The position numbers were made by a program, and so were the translations under genes. From contig CM074515.1 in NCBI GenBank assembly GCA_037379345.1, forward strand, positions 42,785,743 through 42,849,742: 64,000 nucleotides of DNA, in the 5' to 3' direction. The notes under the pieces are model-generated. The model was not told the origin of the DNA. It ran no database searches and saw nothing but the letters and a program-made list of their open reading frames with translations. Of the stretch, positions 23,701 through 38,700 are shown piece after piece (position 1 is the first letter of the stretch; each line of letters opens with the position of its first letter). The stretch is from Perna viridis. Taxonomy: Eukaryota.

Positions 23701-26700
23701 TTTAAAAACAAATTTTCATATTGCATGACAAAATGTTATAAACCATTTTATCTAAAGCAATTTATATTTTTAAATGCCAGAACATTGTAATTTATAGTGA
23801 ACACAGATGTGTTCTGTACAGTAAAATCAACTTATTTTTTTTTTAAACTGGGCTAATTTGCACAATTTGTGTCAAAAATACAAAGTGTATGTCAAAAACT
23901 TTCATAATACATTGCACATTTGCAGTTCCTTTTTTCATGTTTTATTCAAAGCAAAACCTATGTTTTAGAAAACTAAAAAAAAAGGCATAACAAAACAAAT
24001 ACAGCATGATAAAATAACCATATTCCCAATTCATCTAACAATATCTCTATACAGAAAGTTCAAATTATGGACATATCTTTCCAAGCTAGTAAACACACTC
24101 TTTAACTTGACCAAATTATTTTGGAAAGTTTAATTATCCTGAAGTAATTAGAATGATTAAGTTGAGTGGTATTGATGTTTTTCTTTATGTGTTGATGTGT
24201 GTCAAAAACCACTGAGGGGATCGAATGTCATTTGTTCTCATTTCTTGTGTTAGAAAAAGTGATAAGTATAGAAGCATTTGGTCAAATAAAGGCTACATTA
24301 TTCACCTGTAAAAATTGAGATTGATTTCTATAAATGAATACCAAATTAAAATAACTTCAAACCACTTTTCAAGACTCTGGGTTGACTTATTTTTTTAAGA
24401 ATTGGCAATAATAAAAATTTTGTCTATTGAAAAATAACATAAATTTTCCATGTGTATATTGTTTGTTGCACAAAGTGCAATAAACAAAATATGCACATGA
24501 AAAATTTAAGTTATTTTTCTATAGACAAAATTTTCATCATAGCCAATTCTTATAAATTAATCAGAAAACATATTTTTATCTTTAAACATGAGAAAAGTAG
24601 CTCTGAATTTAACTGAATAGGGGCTTGTCAATATTTGTTTTATCCACTGAGATATAACAAAATTATTTCAACCAATCAGATTACAGTATTTATCTCCAAT
24701 TAATTTATTAAGAAATGTAAATAAACAAAAATGATGTAAGCTTAAGTCATAATAGGATAATTAACTGGGAAGAGTGAATAACCGAAATATAATCATGAGC
24801 GCTGAAGAATGCGCAGATTTAACGAGTGTGTGGAACTGTTCCGTGCACAAGTTAAATTTTACCACAAGTAAATTTTACCGTGTTCTAGGCATGAGTGATC
24901 ATATTTTGGTTATTCATGATAACCAATAGATTATCCTATCTATTATATAGATTTTCCCAATTATTCGTGGCTATTTTCAACACAAATTAAAAATTTTGTG
25001 AAAGACGGATGAACATTTTGACAGGAGAAAGCTCCCAAGAGTGAAATTACTGAATTTATTCAACTGTGCAAAAGATCCAAATTTTTGACACTGGGAACAT
25101 TTGGTAAATCAGTGCTATCTATATAACAATAACTGATCTGCTGGTTTTGGTTTTCTTCATCAGAAATCTTTGTTATCCTAATTCTGCACTCCAATTTACA
25201 CACACTCCAACCCCACAAAATGTATACATTAACTCATTCACTGTTGAAGTTGGATTTCTTTTCTACAGGCAGTGTCAGTTTAACATTGACAAGAATTACA
25301 CACACTTATATATGAGCCTCTTGACTTTTTTTAAAATAACTCCATAAAAAAATATAAAGCTATAGAAATTAGCAAATATTTTTTCAGCTCAAGCATTTCC
25401 AAAACACTTAAAGACCCTTTAAAAATTGAAAGGACAATTCATATTTAATTTATTTCTACATATTTCACTTGACAATTTGGTAAGTTTAGATCAGTAATTA
25501 TAAAATATTTTCATTGGCACAGAACATTTATACTATAGTTTGTCCCATTATATTTAGCTATAATGACGGTTTTTAATATCGCATAGCTATTCTCAATATC
25601 AGTTTTACAGTATTAAAACGTATTGTAATATATGGGTTTATCATAACCAAAAATCATAGTTTTACATTATCAATTTTTGTTCATATGAATGTATTATTTA
25701 TGCTTCAAATGAAAAAATCTGGCGTGTCTATTCAAAAGCCATTGTATCAGTTACCTCAAACAAACCCATAGGGAATCTGAACTGACCCTTAACATGCCTA
25801 ACTTGTTATCAAGCAATTTATTTCCAGATTTATTTCATTGAAGACAGGATCATTTTCATGTAATAAACAGTTGAACTGTCAAAACAGATTTTAGAAATTT
25901 TCATTGTTGAAATTTTAATTCAGGTGTACCAGTATCCAAATATAGCCCTATCTGACATTTAATAGGCAAGTTAAATGAGTAATCCCCCTTTTCCTTCACT
26001 TGTGAGAACATTATTATCTCCCCTTACATTTTTTTAATATTTTACAGAAAGAAACACAGATTTTATTCTTGAAAAATTATGTTTTAAGCAGACTTTAATA
26101 TATTATGGGTAAGTCATTGCTCTCATACTAGAACTGGGACAGACAGAAAGACAAATCCTTTCGGAGAATCTGACATAGAATTTTTAATAAATAAGGCATC
26201 TTTGACCCATCTACTTTGGCAACAACAAAATATCCCTACTATTATTTACAAATCCTGCCAAAGATTCTGAGGAGAAATACAAAAATCGTAGTTACAATTT
26301 AATTAAACAGTAGGTTTATGACCTTGATATATACGATATTACAGAGATAATAGGATCTATTTCAAGTTTTCTTTACCCCTGGCAGTTCTTTTATCAACAG
26401 ACAAGCGAGAAAATATAAGTATAAATCAGAGTATCGTCTTTTGATCTTCCTGTGGCATTGCCAGGTGCTTCAACAGTAAATTAGGTCTTCCAAAAAGATA
26501 AAGAATTTCGCTGGGCAACGTGCGAACCATTACACGTCCCTTTCATTTTCATCACGACCACCAGACTAACTGAAGTAACTAAGTTATAAGAGATTAATAA
26601 ATAATTTGGGTAAAATTTGGACCACCACACGCGATGAACTTCTAACAGCACTTGTATTTCACCGAGATCAGATTTTATTTTTAATGTGATCTATTGTTAA

Positions 26701-29700
26701 ATCTGTCTCTTTTATGATTTTTATGGCCCTTAATATTCGTTTATGAATAGTCAAATGTCAAATTTATATTTTTCACACATATATGTTAAGAGAGCAATTT
26801 CAAAGTTCCCCTGTTTTTGAACATATACTATCCCATAGATAATGGTGAGTTAACACTAGAGACTATACAGGATTGATTTAGAGTGGTATCATCATGAATA
26901 TACATCCTATTGCAAACATGTCAACTCATTGTTAATAAAAGTTCTGAAAATTTATCTGCATAGTTTTAGCTATAAATCAATTGACAATTTTACTAGGCTT
27001 ACTATTCAAATTCAAAGCAATTTTATTGAATTTTTTCAGTACTTGATTTTAATCAACAGCTCATAGTACACAGTCAATAATTAACTGTCTTTGTAAGAAT
27101 CATGCAAAATCTGAAAAATGTGATACACCCCAAAAAAGGCTACATATTTTTATTTTTGTAATTAAGTTGTTTTATGGGTTTATACTATGAAATGTGTAAT
27201 TATTCATTCAAATCTGCCTGCTCTTAGAAGATAATCAACATTGAAAATCCAATATAATCTATTGTATTAGAGTGTCATTTACAGAGTTATCTTCCTTAAT
27301 TTTGAAATTTACAGTGCATTCTATATAATTTTTATCTCTTATGAACATGGGTTATATGAAAAACTGAATGTTAATTTCTGTTTACTATGGCAATTCAAAC
27401 AAAATATCAAAAATAAAAATATGTAGCCTTTTTACCCATGAATCACATTTTGCATGATTCTTAGCTGGAGTGCTACTTAAGCATTGTGAGGTCTTACTAT
27501 TACAATGGTAAAACCTAAAAGATTTAGTAGCAAGAGGCCAATTCATTGTAACTAATGTTTTTAGTCCAAAAATAGTCCAAAAACTTAATAATACAAACAA
27601 AAATTTGTACTTCTATACTCTTGAATTTATTCACAAGAAAAAGAACATATCACACAAATTGGATAATTTGTACTGTTATCCAGTGGTGAATAAAGATTGC
27701 AAGAAAAAAAAAATTTGGGGCCAGACATCAGAAATTGTATTGTTTCGTTCTTTATCCACACTCCTCTTTTATGAGTATCTGATGATCCGACTCGATTTAT
27801 GTATAGCCAACCAAAAAAAAAAGCAGAAACTGCCGAAATTGAAAGTAAACATATGATAAAAGCAGAACCGTAATGGTAAAACGGGGTTTGAAAAAGCGGA
27901 AGAAAGCCAAGTCTGAATGAAAAGCATATTATTTTCAAAGACTGATCACATGACCTTGTATTATCTCCTGATAGGATAACAACTATCGATTGTGCTTACC
28001 TTGGGAAAATGGTTGAACTTTGAGAGAGATCATGTGACTTGAAGTTCTGTTTTGATTAGACACTGGATTGACAGCTATACATCGATAAATCCCTTGGTCA
28101 CTGTAGGTTAAATTTCTAATGAGGAGGAAACCAGATGAAAGGATTCGGTAATGATCTGAAAAAAAAGACCAGAAAAAAATAATAAAACAAAGAGGAAATC
28201 ACATATATAAATCATAAGACTGCTATTTGTAGCCGTAAGTCTCAGGCTTCTGAAGCACAAAAATATCCAAGTCCAATAACTCTTGTAAGATTTGAAAAAT
28301 CAAATGTTGGAGGGACAAGATTCTCTAAATATGGTTTCTTCTATAGAGTACAAGCAACATTCATTTGGGGAGATGTGATGTATGGATAAACACTTTGTGA
28401 CATGAAATAAAGAGTTCAGTTTTAACTCGAGTAGCACTATTAGTACATGTATTGTATGATGGATTTTGTGTCATTAGTTCTTTTTTAAAGAAAAAATAGA
28501 AAATAGGATTTGATGCCAAAAGAGTTTTGAGAAAATCGGTTAGACAATGTAACATTTTGAGACCTATATATTTGGCATGGGACTTGTAATGCAACTTAAA
28601 TCTAAATGAACAAGATAATATTGAGCCAACAAATGAAAGTAAAGTTACTTTACAGAAATTATATTTCCTTCATTTTGACCCAATCTTGTAAAACTAGTAT
28701 TTCAATGCTATAAAAAGTTCTTTCTTTGCCAAAAACTTTATCCTTCATCAAAACTAACTCTCATCATATAACAAAATACATTCATAACTCATAACACTTT
28801 TTACAAGCTATGAAAGTTAATCTGGCTGTTTCTTTTCATCTACGCATTCTATCAAGTTTATATAATGATATAATTAACTATAATTTACAGTTTAGCCAAG
28901 TTAATCTTTACCTAAATTAATATCCATCATAGTTTGTTATCAGAGATATGGCAAGACTAATAGAGCTCCAAACTCATGTAAATTAGCTGACTGTTACATT
29001 AATGTGCCAAAGATGGTGAAGAATGAACACAGAAGGTTTATTTTTGTTTTTACCTCTGGGTACCAATAGGTTACAAAGATTTTGAAATTGTACATCAATT
29101 AATTGATTCCCTGTGTATTTAGTTACCAGAGTGTCTTTACTCAGTTAAGATGTTGCCTGTATGAGGCCTACTAAAGGCATTTTTTTGCTAAGTATAAGTG
29201 TTCGACAAAATTAATTGTTTTACAGTACATAGTATAACTTGAACATTTTGCAGGCAGGTACTGTTTTGTCCCTTATTTCATCTAATCTGAAAATTACAAA
29301 AACAAGGTATTTGGTAGACCAAAGATGGAAGCACAGACAGACAGACTGGGGGATTTAAAGTATACTCCCTGAACAGTAAATTGTGCTTGGTAAAAGATTT
29401 TGCTAGAAATACAAATTGAAAACTGTAAAGGAGTAAATTTCAAGACTGATAATAAGTGTTAAGATTCTACAAGACTTTGTAGTAAACATGCAGGTCAGAT
29501 CTCGTAATAATAAAATGCCATTAATTAATGACCATTAGCAAATTAAGATGATAAAAACTATTTACTTTGGAACTGTTCTAAACTGAACTCTTTTTGGACT
29601 GTAAAAAGTGTGTGGTTTAGACAGGTGTTCGGTTTATCAAGGGTACCATTAGATTGATGGAAAAGGATATTAAAAAAAGTGTCTGGTTCAGATATTTCAA

Positions 29701-32700
29701 TTATTCGGATTTCAAGTTAAAGATAGGTTTCACTGTCTTTTTTCAATGAGAAATAAATTTGTTCCTTTATAATGTGTATCAAAACTACATAAGTAACAAA
29801 CATTATTGAACTTCTGCCCCTCAATTATCGAAAGAACCAGATTCCCTACATATATCTCCCCTCCACTTACAAAGATTTATTTGAACTATGATATGACATC
29901 ATACAGAAATATTGCTAGTTGCAAACAGCCCGAAAAAATTTAACTTCAAAGAACCTGACAAAACCCAGATCCCTCAATTCTACAAAACAGTTACAAGTGT
30001 TCAAATAAAGTGATTAATTAATAACATTTCATAAATTGCAGACAAGTTTCAAAAAGATCAGGCATTTCCTGTCAGATTTATGTTGCCATGGTAACAAATT
30101 ATACTTTATCATATTTTATGTCGATACATTGCAAAAAAATATGTAACATAATGGATTTTGGTAAAAGAATCTGTTGGCAGCCTCCATATTGCTTTAGAAT
30201 GTTAGAAGACATTACACAGCTGGAAGAGAGCATTATCATTCAACAGTTACAAAGACATTCACTTGTTTATTGAAAAGTTTCAAGTTTTTCTGTAAGGGTA
30301 AATGATTATGAGGGGAAAAAGGGGGAGTAGCAATTCATCATTTGAATAAAAAAATAAAACTGAAACCATTATATTCATATCTAAAATGTGATCAAGTTTA
30401 TTTCATTTCTAGCAGGTGATAAAATAGTAAATAGATAGGACCTTGGAGACCTAAGGAAGAATAGGTGACTGACAAAGGGAAACATTTATTGGGTTCATCA
30501 CATATTTTTTTATTCTTTGAATTCCTATGTAAAAATTCTCAATTCTCCCAGAAAGAACCTCACTGAGGATAAACACAATTTAAGCATGTATTCATTGTCA
30601 ATAAAATGAATATAATAATGCCGAAAAGTTGTGAAATAATAAATTGATGGTTATGATTAAGGATGATACAGGTAAAAACATATGATGGCAATGAGTTTTA
30701 TAGTTATTTTAATGGTTTTATGACAATTGAGAACAAGACATAAGAATGTTCAATATTTTAAAACCATTATTACTATGTTATCAATGCTATTTAACTATTT
30801 AATAATTGAATTGTTTTTCCATGATCAGATTGCATTAGAAAATGCTTAATTCTAAAACATTGAGGCCTCAAGAAGGACAAATGGTTCACCAACCTATTAC
30901 AAGGAGGTAACTTAAATCATAGTTTTATTTTTGCTTTTTTAAATTTTCTGTGATATTTCTAACCTCATTTGAAGAAGCAGATTCATTTGTTTTCTTGACA
31001 AACATTGCTTTCAACAAAGGAGGAAAAAATTAAAAGATCTTTTGACAGACCGCTGTAGAAAAAAAAAACTTCACTGGTAATCAGTCAAATCATCATTTCC
31101 AGCTAGTCCTACCTAAGTTAGGTCTGACAATTCTGACAGTGAGCCATATTTCTGATCTTTATAATGTTCCTTTAATGCTATTCCAGAAAATAATTTAGTG
31201 TTTGCAACATTAAGTGTAGACATTAAGTACAATTTGGTGGAATTTCTGAGGAAAATTAAAAAAGATTTCTGTACTCCAGAGTAAGAGGACCAAATTAATT
31301 ACAAATATAAATAAATTTTTAGTGGATGGATGGGAAGTATTAGCAAAAAGAGCATACTGAATCACCTACTGATCAATTAAAGAAAACTTTACTAGGATAT
31401 TGAGCTAAGACAAAATTCAACTCTATAGCATTCAATAGAGAACTACAATGGTTAATCTGAACCTGTTTTTCAGTATAGTATTACATAATAAATTGCTATT
31501 TTCTAAGGGGTGTGTACAGTAAGGTTTCATATTTACGATAAATATGCACAGAGCTACATGTGTCATGTATTCAAATAGATTTACATTACTAATGGGGAAA
31601 ATAACTCCATAATCCCAGCAATTTGTTATATAGATAAAAACCAAGCACAACTATATCTTAAGAGCAAATCACATTTATTTAAGGTAAATACCAATTTATT
31701 CACATTAAATAATCAAAATTAGCTTTGGAAATACATTAAAATAATCACAGCCCATAGCTCATGCATCTCTTTTGAAGTAAATTAGTTGTGTCATGGTATC
31801 TGCTAATATTATCTTAATGTGAACTTCATTCTGAATACATAGGTTAAGCTTGATCTTTGAAATTCAAGAAGTCATCGTTTGTTTCTAAAAACGCATTAAC
31901 TTGTCAAATATTGTTCCCACATTGTAACTTGCATGTACCAAACACATTAAACCCATGACCAGGTAAAACTTTAAAATCAACACCCGTATTTGTTATTACA
32001 AAGATTTTTTGAAGGGCATTCATTACCAAAATGAAACTGACCATGAAAAAAAAAAACATTAGCAATTGAGACTGTAACCATGGAGAGGATAATCTGATCT
32101 GTAATGATATATAATTATCTACTCCAGAAAAAAACATGAAGATTCAACTGGAGTTATTTCCCTTTGATCAGCTGATTTCAGCCATGATTTAAATTCAAAT
32201 GTTGATGGGTTTAATATTAATTCAAATGCTCAAGAAAAAACAATATTTGGTTTAACAAAAAGAATTTCCTCAATGTTAAAATTACAGTAAATCAAAAAAT
32301 AAAAAAAAAGAAAAAGAAAAAAAAAACCTTAAGCAGAATATGCAAAAAAAAAAACCACCATAACAATACCAACCAAACCACCAATCAGTATGGACAATAT
32401 TATTAAACAATTAGTTTAGTTTTTCTTAGTCATTCAGACAGTCTATCAGTCAGTCTACCTCAAATTTTGATACTAAAAATTTATATATTTTTTAATATTA
32501 ACAGCATTTTCATTTAAAGAAAATATAAAAAACAAACATCCATGATTTTAAATTTTAAAAGCCTACATCTCCCAAACAATAAGAGCTTGGTTCAGGATTA
32601 CATCTGGCTATCATTTACATACAATCTGAACTAATTAGCTTTAAACACTTGACTAATTTGTCCCCGCTATAAAAGGATGATTAACTTCTTTGGTTACTGA

Positions 32701-35700
32701 TTAATCTAATTAGTAAAGCCCTTTAATTTTCGCTGGTTAGATAGACATCTACACAAAAACAATGATCGTGGATCAGGTCATCCCTCCTTGCCCGTCCATT
32801 TAAAATATACAACAATGGTTGATCTGTCACACTTCATATGTTTTGAAGCTATGATGGGACTTGAGCTTGTGACATGGTCGGAATTCTTTTGTTAAATGGC
32901 CATTAAAAAATTGTAAAGAGGTCTTTTTTGTTATGAGTGTTCTGACAAAGTTTGAATTATAAATAATTCATGTAACATATAATTAGCCAAAATGGGCCAC
33001 CAAAAAACATCAGTAAAATACACAAGTTACTCTACCCACTGAAACATACTACAAAAGTTTCAAGTTTGTAGAAAAAATATGATGAAAAACTCTTTCTTTA
33101 GAAATGCATTGCACAGGATAACTACATTCCAAGACCAGTTTGTGGTAACAGCTTAAAATATCACTTTGTTTGTTATATAGATAAATTTTAATTCTCGAAG
33201 AAGAAATATATAACATTATAATCTTTTACTTGAAGTAATGTTGCTAATATCTTTATCAATTTAGAAGTCATACTGTTTAAAAGAAAAATCTCTCGAAATG
33301 TACCTTGTTGAAACAATTTCAATTCTAAATTGGCTAATGTTAAAACTACTTAGAGTGAACAAATGAATTTTTTCATCTTTTTCACAAAGATGTAAGCACA
33401 ATAGGCAAAATTAATTCTTAACAGGTCTAAGAAAGTTTTGCTTCAATTTTTGAAATTTGCTCCAAGCAATTACAGCCCAAACTAAGGTTTCAAGGAATTA
33501 GTGATACATCTGACTCACTTAAACCCTGACACAGATAATTGAAAAAAAAGTTTCATAATTCACCAAAAGAGCTCCTTGACATCCCCCATCCTTCATCACT
33601 GCTTGTACCAAAATATATCAAAATGATTAATATATGTTTGTTGGAATCTGCAGCTGTTAAAAACTCAATACCATGGAAACTCGATACATTTAAAACATTA
33701 GGGGGCACTAATAATTAAAAGGAGAATAGCTGCCTTTCCTCCTTCCTGTTCTATTAAATTACTTATAATTTGATCAGGGAGGCTAATTTTGATCATGGAT
33801 TTAAAAAGGCTTCTTATCACCTAAAGCTTAATAGAGCAATTACTTGATTTAATAAAAAAATAAGAAAAGATCCCCATTTAGAACCCCATAAGTTATTAGA
33901 GCACCTGCAAAGTTAGTAAAGAATTTTGTAACAATTTCTATATACAAAACACAGCAGAAGATTATTAAAATTAAGATATATTAGATGGGGCTTTCCACTT
34001 GGCACTGAAAACCTATCTATCTACTGCAGAAAATATGAGCTTAATGTGAATGTCTGCAACAGGGGGAACAAAACAGCTAAAAACAGTCTAACTCATTTGT
34101 TCCTGTCAGAGTCACCTGAGAATTTTGAAAGAAGGCATTTGTAATACTTTTTACAAAGGTTATATACATAGTCTCTCTTGCTACCATTTATTAAGAAGAC
34201 ATAGCTCATTCATTTATTTCAAACAGGAGTAGATGTGTTAATAGGAATTAAGGAGTATCTTCCTCTATCTATCTTCATTCAAAAACCATCAAAAACTTTT
34301 ATATTTATCATCAACACGACAAATGCTTCCAAAACCATTAGGGGTTCCAGCAGGGACAAGTGCTAAAGGAAAGATTAAAAAATAATTACTAAGGGAGATA
34401 ATTGAAGTTTTTTAAAAATCTGAACTGTCCCAAACTTCTCTCTTTTGAACCTTCATTAAATTCAGATGTTGTTTTACAAAGCAAACAATAAAGTGAAAAT
34501 TGGCAAAATGGGAAATAAGCATATGGTACAAAAAAAGAAGAACCTGAACTGTAAAATCCAGATTCATTTTTAAGGCGGAAGAAAATCATCTGCAAAATAC
34601 CAAAATATTTGAAGATCTTTAAAAAAAAATCCTCATATTAGAACTACCACTTACCTGATGAGGTTGATAAAATGGTACCATTGAATTCAAAGATGATATT
34701 AGCTTCTGGGCTGCTAATTGGCGGTTGGCATGGCAACACAATACTGTAGCCCAAAGTTCCATTCAAGTGAAGATCGACTCGGTTCTGGAATCTTTTTAAT
34801 ACTACAAGCATACAGAAAACAAGTAATGAAGCATGATATAGAAAATGGCTGTGTTGTATGAATATTTACTTTTTTAGGAAGAACAAAACTGAATGATACA
34901 AGTACATCTATTGCACCTTATTCTTACAGGGAAAACAGGATAACATTCATTTCCCTTGTTTTTAAATGTGCCAATGTAGAGCCGAAAGTATTAAAGTTTC
35001 CTTTCAAAGTTCTCTAAATCAGTTCTACTTGAAACAGCTATTTAATCCTTTAACTTTTAATTTGAGTTTATTGACCTATCAGCCAACCTCAGAAGTCACA
35101 AAAAAATCTTCAATCAGAGACAACCAGTAATACAAAGTACTCCTTAATTCACAATATCAATTTCAGACAATCTAATGAGTTTTAAATGAGAGGATAAAAT
35201 TTGCAAATAATCACATTTTAAGTGTGTACTTTGTTGAAAATGTACAATAAATGAGTTTTATAAAGTACATGACACCCCAGGAAAGTGCATATTTTGTGAT
35301 TTAAGAACGAAGTGTAGAATAAAGTGTGAACCAGGAGCAAATTACAATTTTTATCATATTCCTTAAATGGATGAGCCCAAGGCCTGACACTTAATTTCGT
35401 TTGTTTTAATATTTTAGATCATCATAATGAATAGCAATGTAAAAATAACTACTTAATTTTATCATAATAGTAACAGAAAATGTATAAGAACTGAAGGCAA
35501 ACCTGTTTTAGAAAGTCTGGCAGGTCGACTTGTAACTTGGCCACTAGGTGTCTCTGCAATGCACTGATAAATGCCTTCATTTGTTTCTTGCTTTCGCTTA
35601 TGTTTAAAACTAGCTATGTGTAAATTTGTTCCGTTAAAACTGAATCCCTTCAATCCCCCTTCTTTCACATAATCTCCATTAAATTTCCATCGCACAACCG

Positions 35701-38700
35701 CGCTAGGTGGCAAAACTTTACACGGCAACGTCACTGAAGCATGATGGGATATCACAGCAGATTCTGGTTCTTCAAGAAAGACAGGTATTGTATCTGAAAA
35801 AAAACATACAGGATCTGTCTTAATTTCTAAGTGAAAAGGGATTCCTAAAAATAACTACACAGGTATCCAATGAAAAAAGTTACTACTGACAGCAATTAAA
35901 TATGGTCTATACAGTATTTATGATATTTTCAGTTTATTAATTTTTTTGTTCCAAGTTGCCAATTGATCCATTTTTTATATTAACACCAAAAAAAAAACAA
36001 GGATCAATTTTAGAATTAGAAAGAAAAACGTAAACTGAAGTAAGTTTTAGCTCTATAAGATAGAGGTACATGTACAATGCTTGATCATCTTACAATTTTT
36101 TATTTTTAAAATTGGTGAATACTTTTGATTACAACCAAGTTCAGAAACTATTCTAAAAACATAAAAAATGCTACTTGGTTTCTATTGCATTAATCAAAAC
36201 TATTGAAATCTTAATACTGCATAAGTGGGAGTTTTCTCAATATCACAAGAAGTGTCTTAAGTGACACAATCAAAATTATAAATACACAAACTCTCATTGA
36301 AAAACATAAGAAACGCAATCAGAGTCAAAAAACATAAAAATCTGCTTCAAATTTATACTATAACAGTAAGGAGTTATCATTAGATTGTATCAATGATAAT
36401 TTACTTCATTCTTCACCAATATCCATTTAGTTTTTATCTTGCTCAAACAAAAACAAATTGACGACTCAGAAAACAAACGTTGATGTGAAACATCATCAAC
36501 CTGGTACAGAGGAGAAAATAATAGTTAAACAAGCATTGAATACTTGAAAAACTCTTTATGAATTCACATTTAGATATGAAAACATATTTTCTGTAAGAGC
36601 TGCAGTAAATGACTGAGATGAATGCACTCAGTAAATGAGCGAGTGATGGAGTCAGATTAGTTCCCATGTCATTACAGTAGCTTACTCCATCTGGTTAATG
36701 GGCAAGTCTTGCCAAGTACAAAGTATGAGATAAATTGCCGAAAACACTGCTCTCCAAAGCATTTCACAAACATATTAAGCTAATGTTCTATTGCTAATTC
36801 TTTCTCAAAAACATTTTTGTCATATCCCATGCCTATATCTGCATCTGCACTTGATCTAAAACCGATTTACTCTAATTTATCAAGTTTGCTGAAATTCAAA
36901 TGGTTCTTATAACAGATGGGTTTCTATTGGTAATATGCATCAAAATCTCCTGTATCTTTTACTTATAACAAATGGGGCAATCCCTAATTAACAAAAACAC
37001 ACATTCATAAGGTTAAAAAATATCAACCACTCCCTTCAACTCATTAAATAATGTAATAAAATCTAGCACTAGTAAAAACAAGTTTTCATAAAGCTTTCCA
37101 TGAGGTGCCATTGCTTTAATCAAGTAACAGTAATAAATTAAAAAATATGGTCTTGCAAATAGTTTCTATAGCATAAGGGCTAACAAGCTACTGTCAAAGT
37201 TTAAAAAAAAAGAAAAAAAAGGGTCATTTCTGGTTCAATTTTGATTTATTTTCCATCTTAATTCTTCCAAAAAATCTTTAGTCATAAAAGGCTAGCACAT
37301 AACAAGTTCACTTTGACATCCATTATATTTTAAACACAGCACAACATTGACTTCCATAACAAGAGTCTGGTCAAAATTTCGCATAAGGTTCTTCATTTAC
37401 ACCATTGGCAAGGGTTATATCATCCTGTGATTGCGTTACAGTGTAATTTTTGACATTCTAACATTGAAATTTTCACAGTATCGGAATTAGAAGAAGTAAT
37501 ACAAAAGGTGCCTTAAGGAGGTAGACCTAGGGTAAGGGACACAAATTTTACAAGTCATTGGAACATTTGTATTCAGCATTTTACATCAATCTCTTGTAAG
37601 CATAAAGTAACTTGGATTGATTTCATTCTATTTCATATGAAAGCTAGATAGCCTTGGTGAAATTGAATATGATACAAATATATCACTGGTTTCAAGAGTT
37701 ATATCCCTTACCCAATGTCTTCCTCCTGAAGAAAAGAGAACACCAAAAACACCGAAATTATTATATTAAAGAGTAGTTACCCTAACATTTTACAGAAAAT
37801 ATAGTAAACTTACAGGAAAATAGTGGGGCTAGTGTAAGCCTAAAATTCTGGTTTCCTACTTCACTCCAGCTTCCCTTTTTAATTCTCACCCCACCTTAAA
37901 GTCAACTTAACCTACCAGCACATATTTCCACAATGATGTAGGTATAATGTATTACACTATTACCTCACTTTAAGTGCCTCCATCTCAAATCACAGCCAAA
38001 ATATTTCTTCAACTATAACCATAAAATATTCACATTATGGTTTTATGACGTTTATCTAAAGAGCAATGCTGTTTAACACAAGTGTGGTCTGGGTTAGAGT
38101 TTATAGTCTCTCCTCTTACCAAGAGTACAATAACTCGTCTGTATCAACACTCATAAAAAAAGCAATGAAATACCCCATAAACACCACCAAGATAGGACTA
38201 CCCTATGCTGTCAATTTCAAGGTGAAGGTCAAATACATTTTGTTCACCCAATTTAGATTTTTATGGTCGACATCAAAATTAATATAATGATTTTCATCAG
38301 TCTACATAACAGTGAAGAAATAAAACCAGGAATATGATGTGTGATGTTTAAATGCAAAGGAAATAGATGCTGTAAGAATTATGTCAGAGTACTTCAGTAT
38401 TTTGATATGATAGAATTTTATGAGGTTAGAAAAACATCAGCTGAATGGAATAACTCCACATTACAAAACCTTACTGTATAAAGTCTTCAACAAAATTTTC
38501 TATCAAAATACCATTTTATACTGTATGTTCTATAAGCACACTATTACTTGCTTATCTTGCTTTTCCTTCCCTTTTAAGCAAAGGATATGCATACTGGCAC
38601 ACTTATTATAAACTAATGTAAAATTATTCAGTTATGTTTAGGACAAACAGTATTGCAATATCCAACTTCCCTATATCCTTTCTGTAGCTTTCCCTGTACA

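Noticed and set aside
20560-27990. An extra Ig or FN3 exon (CDON-like fifth Ig) in the large introns
   Set aside because: No Ig/FN3 motif with splice sites was seen, and the flanking exons already join into complete domains; a small alternative exon cannot be excluded without RNA data.
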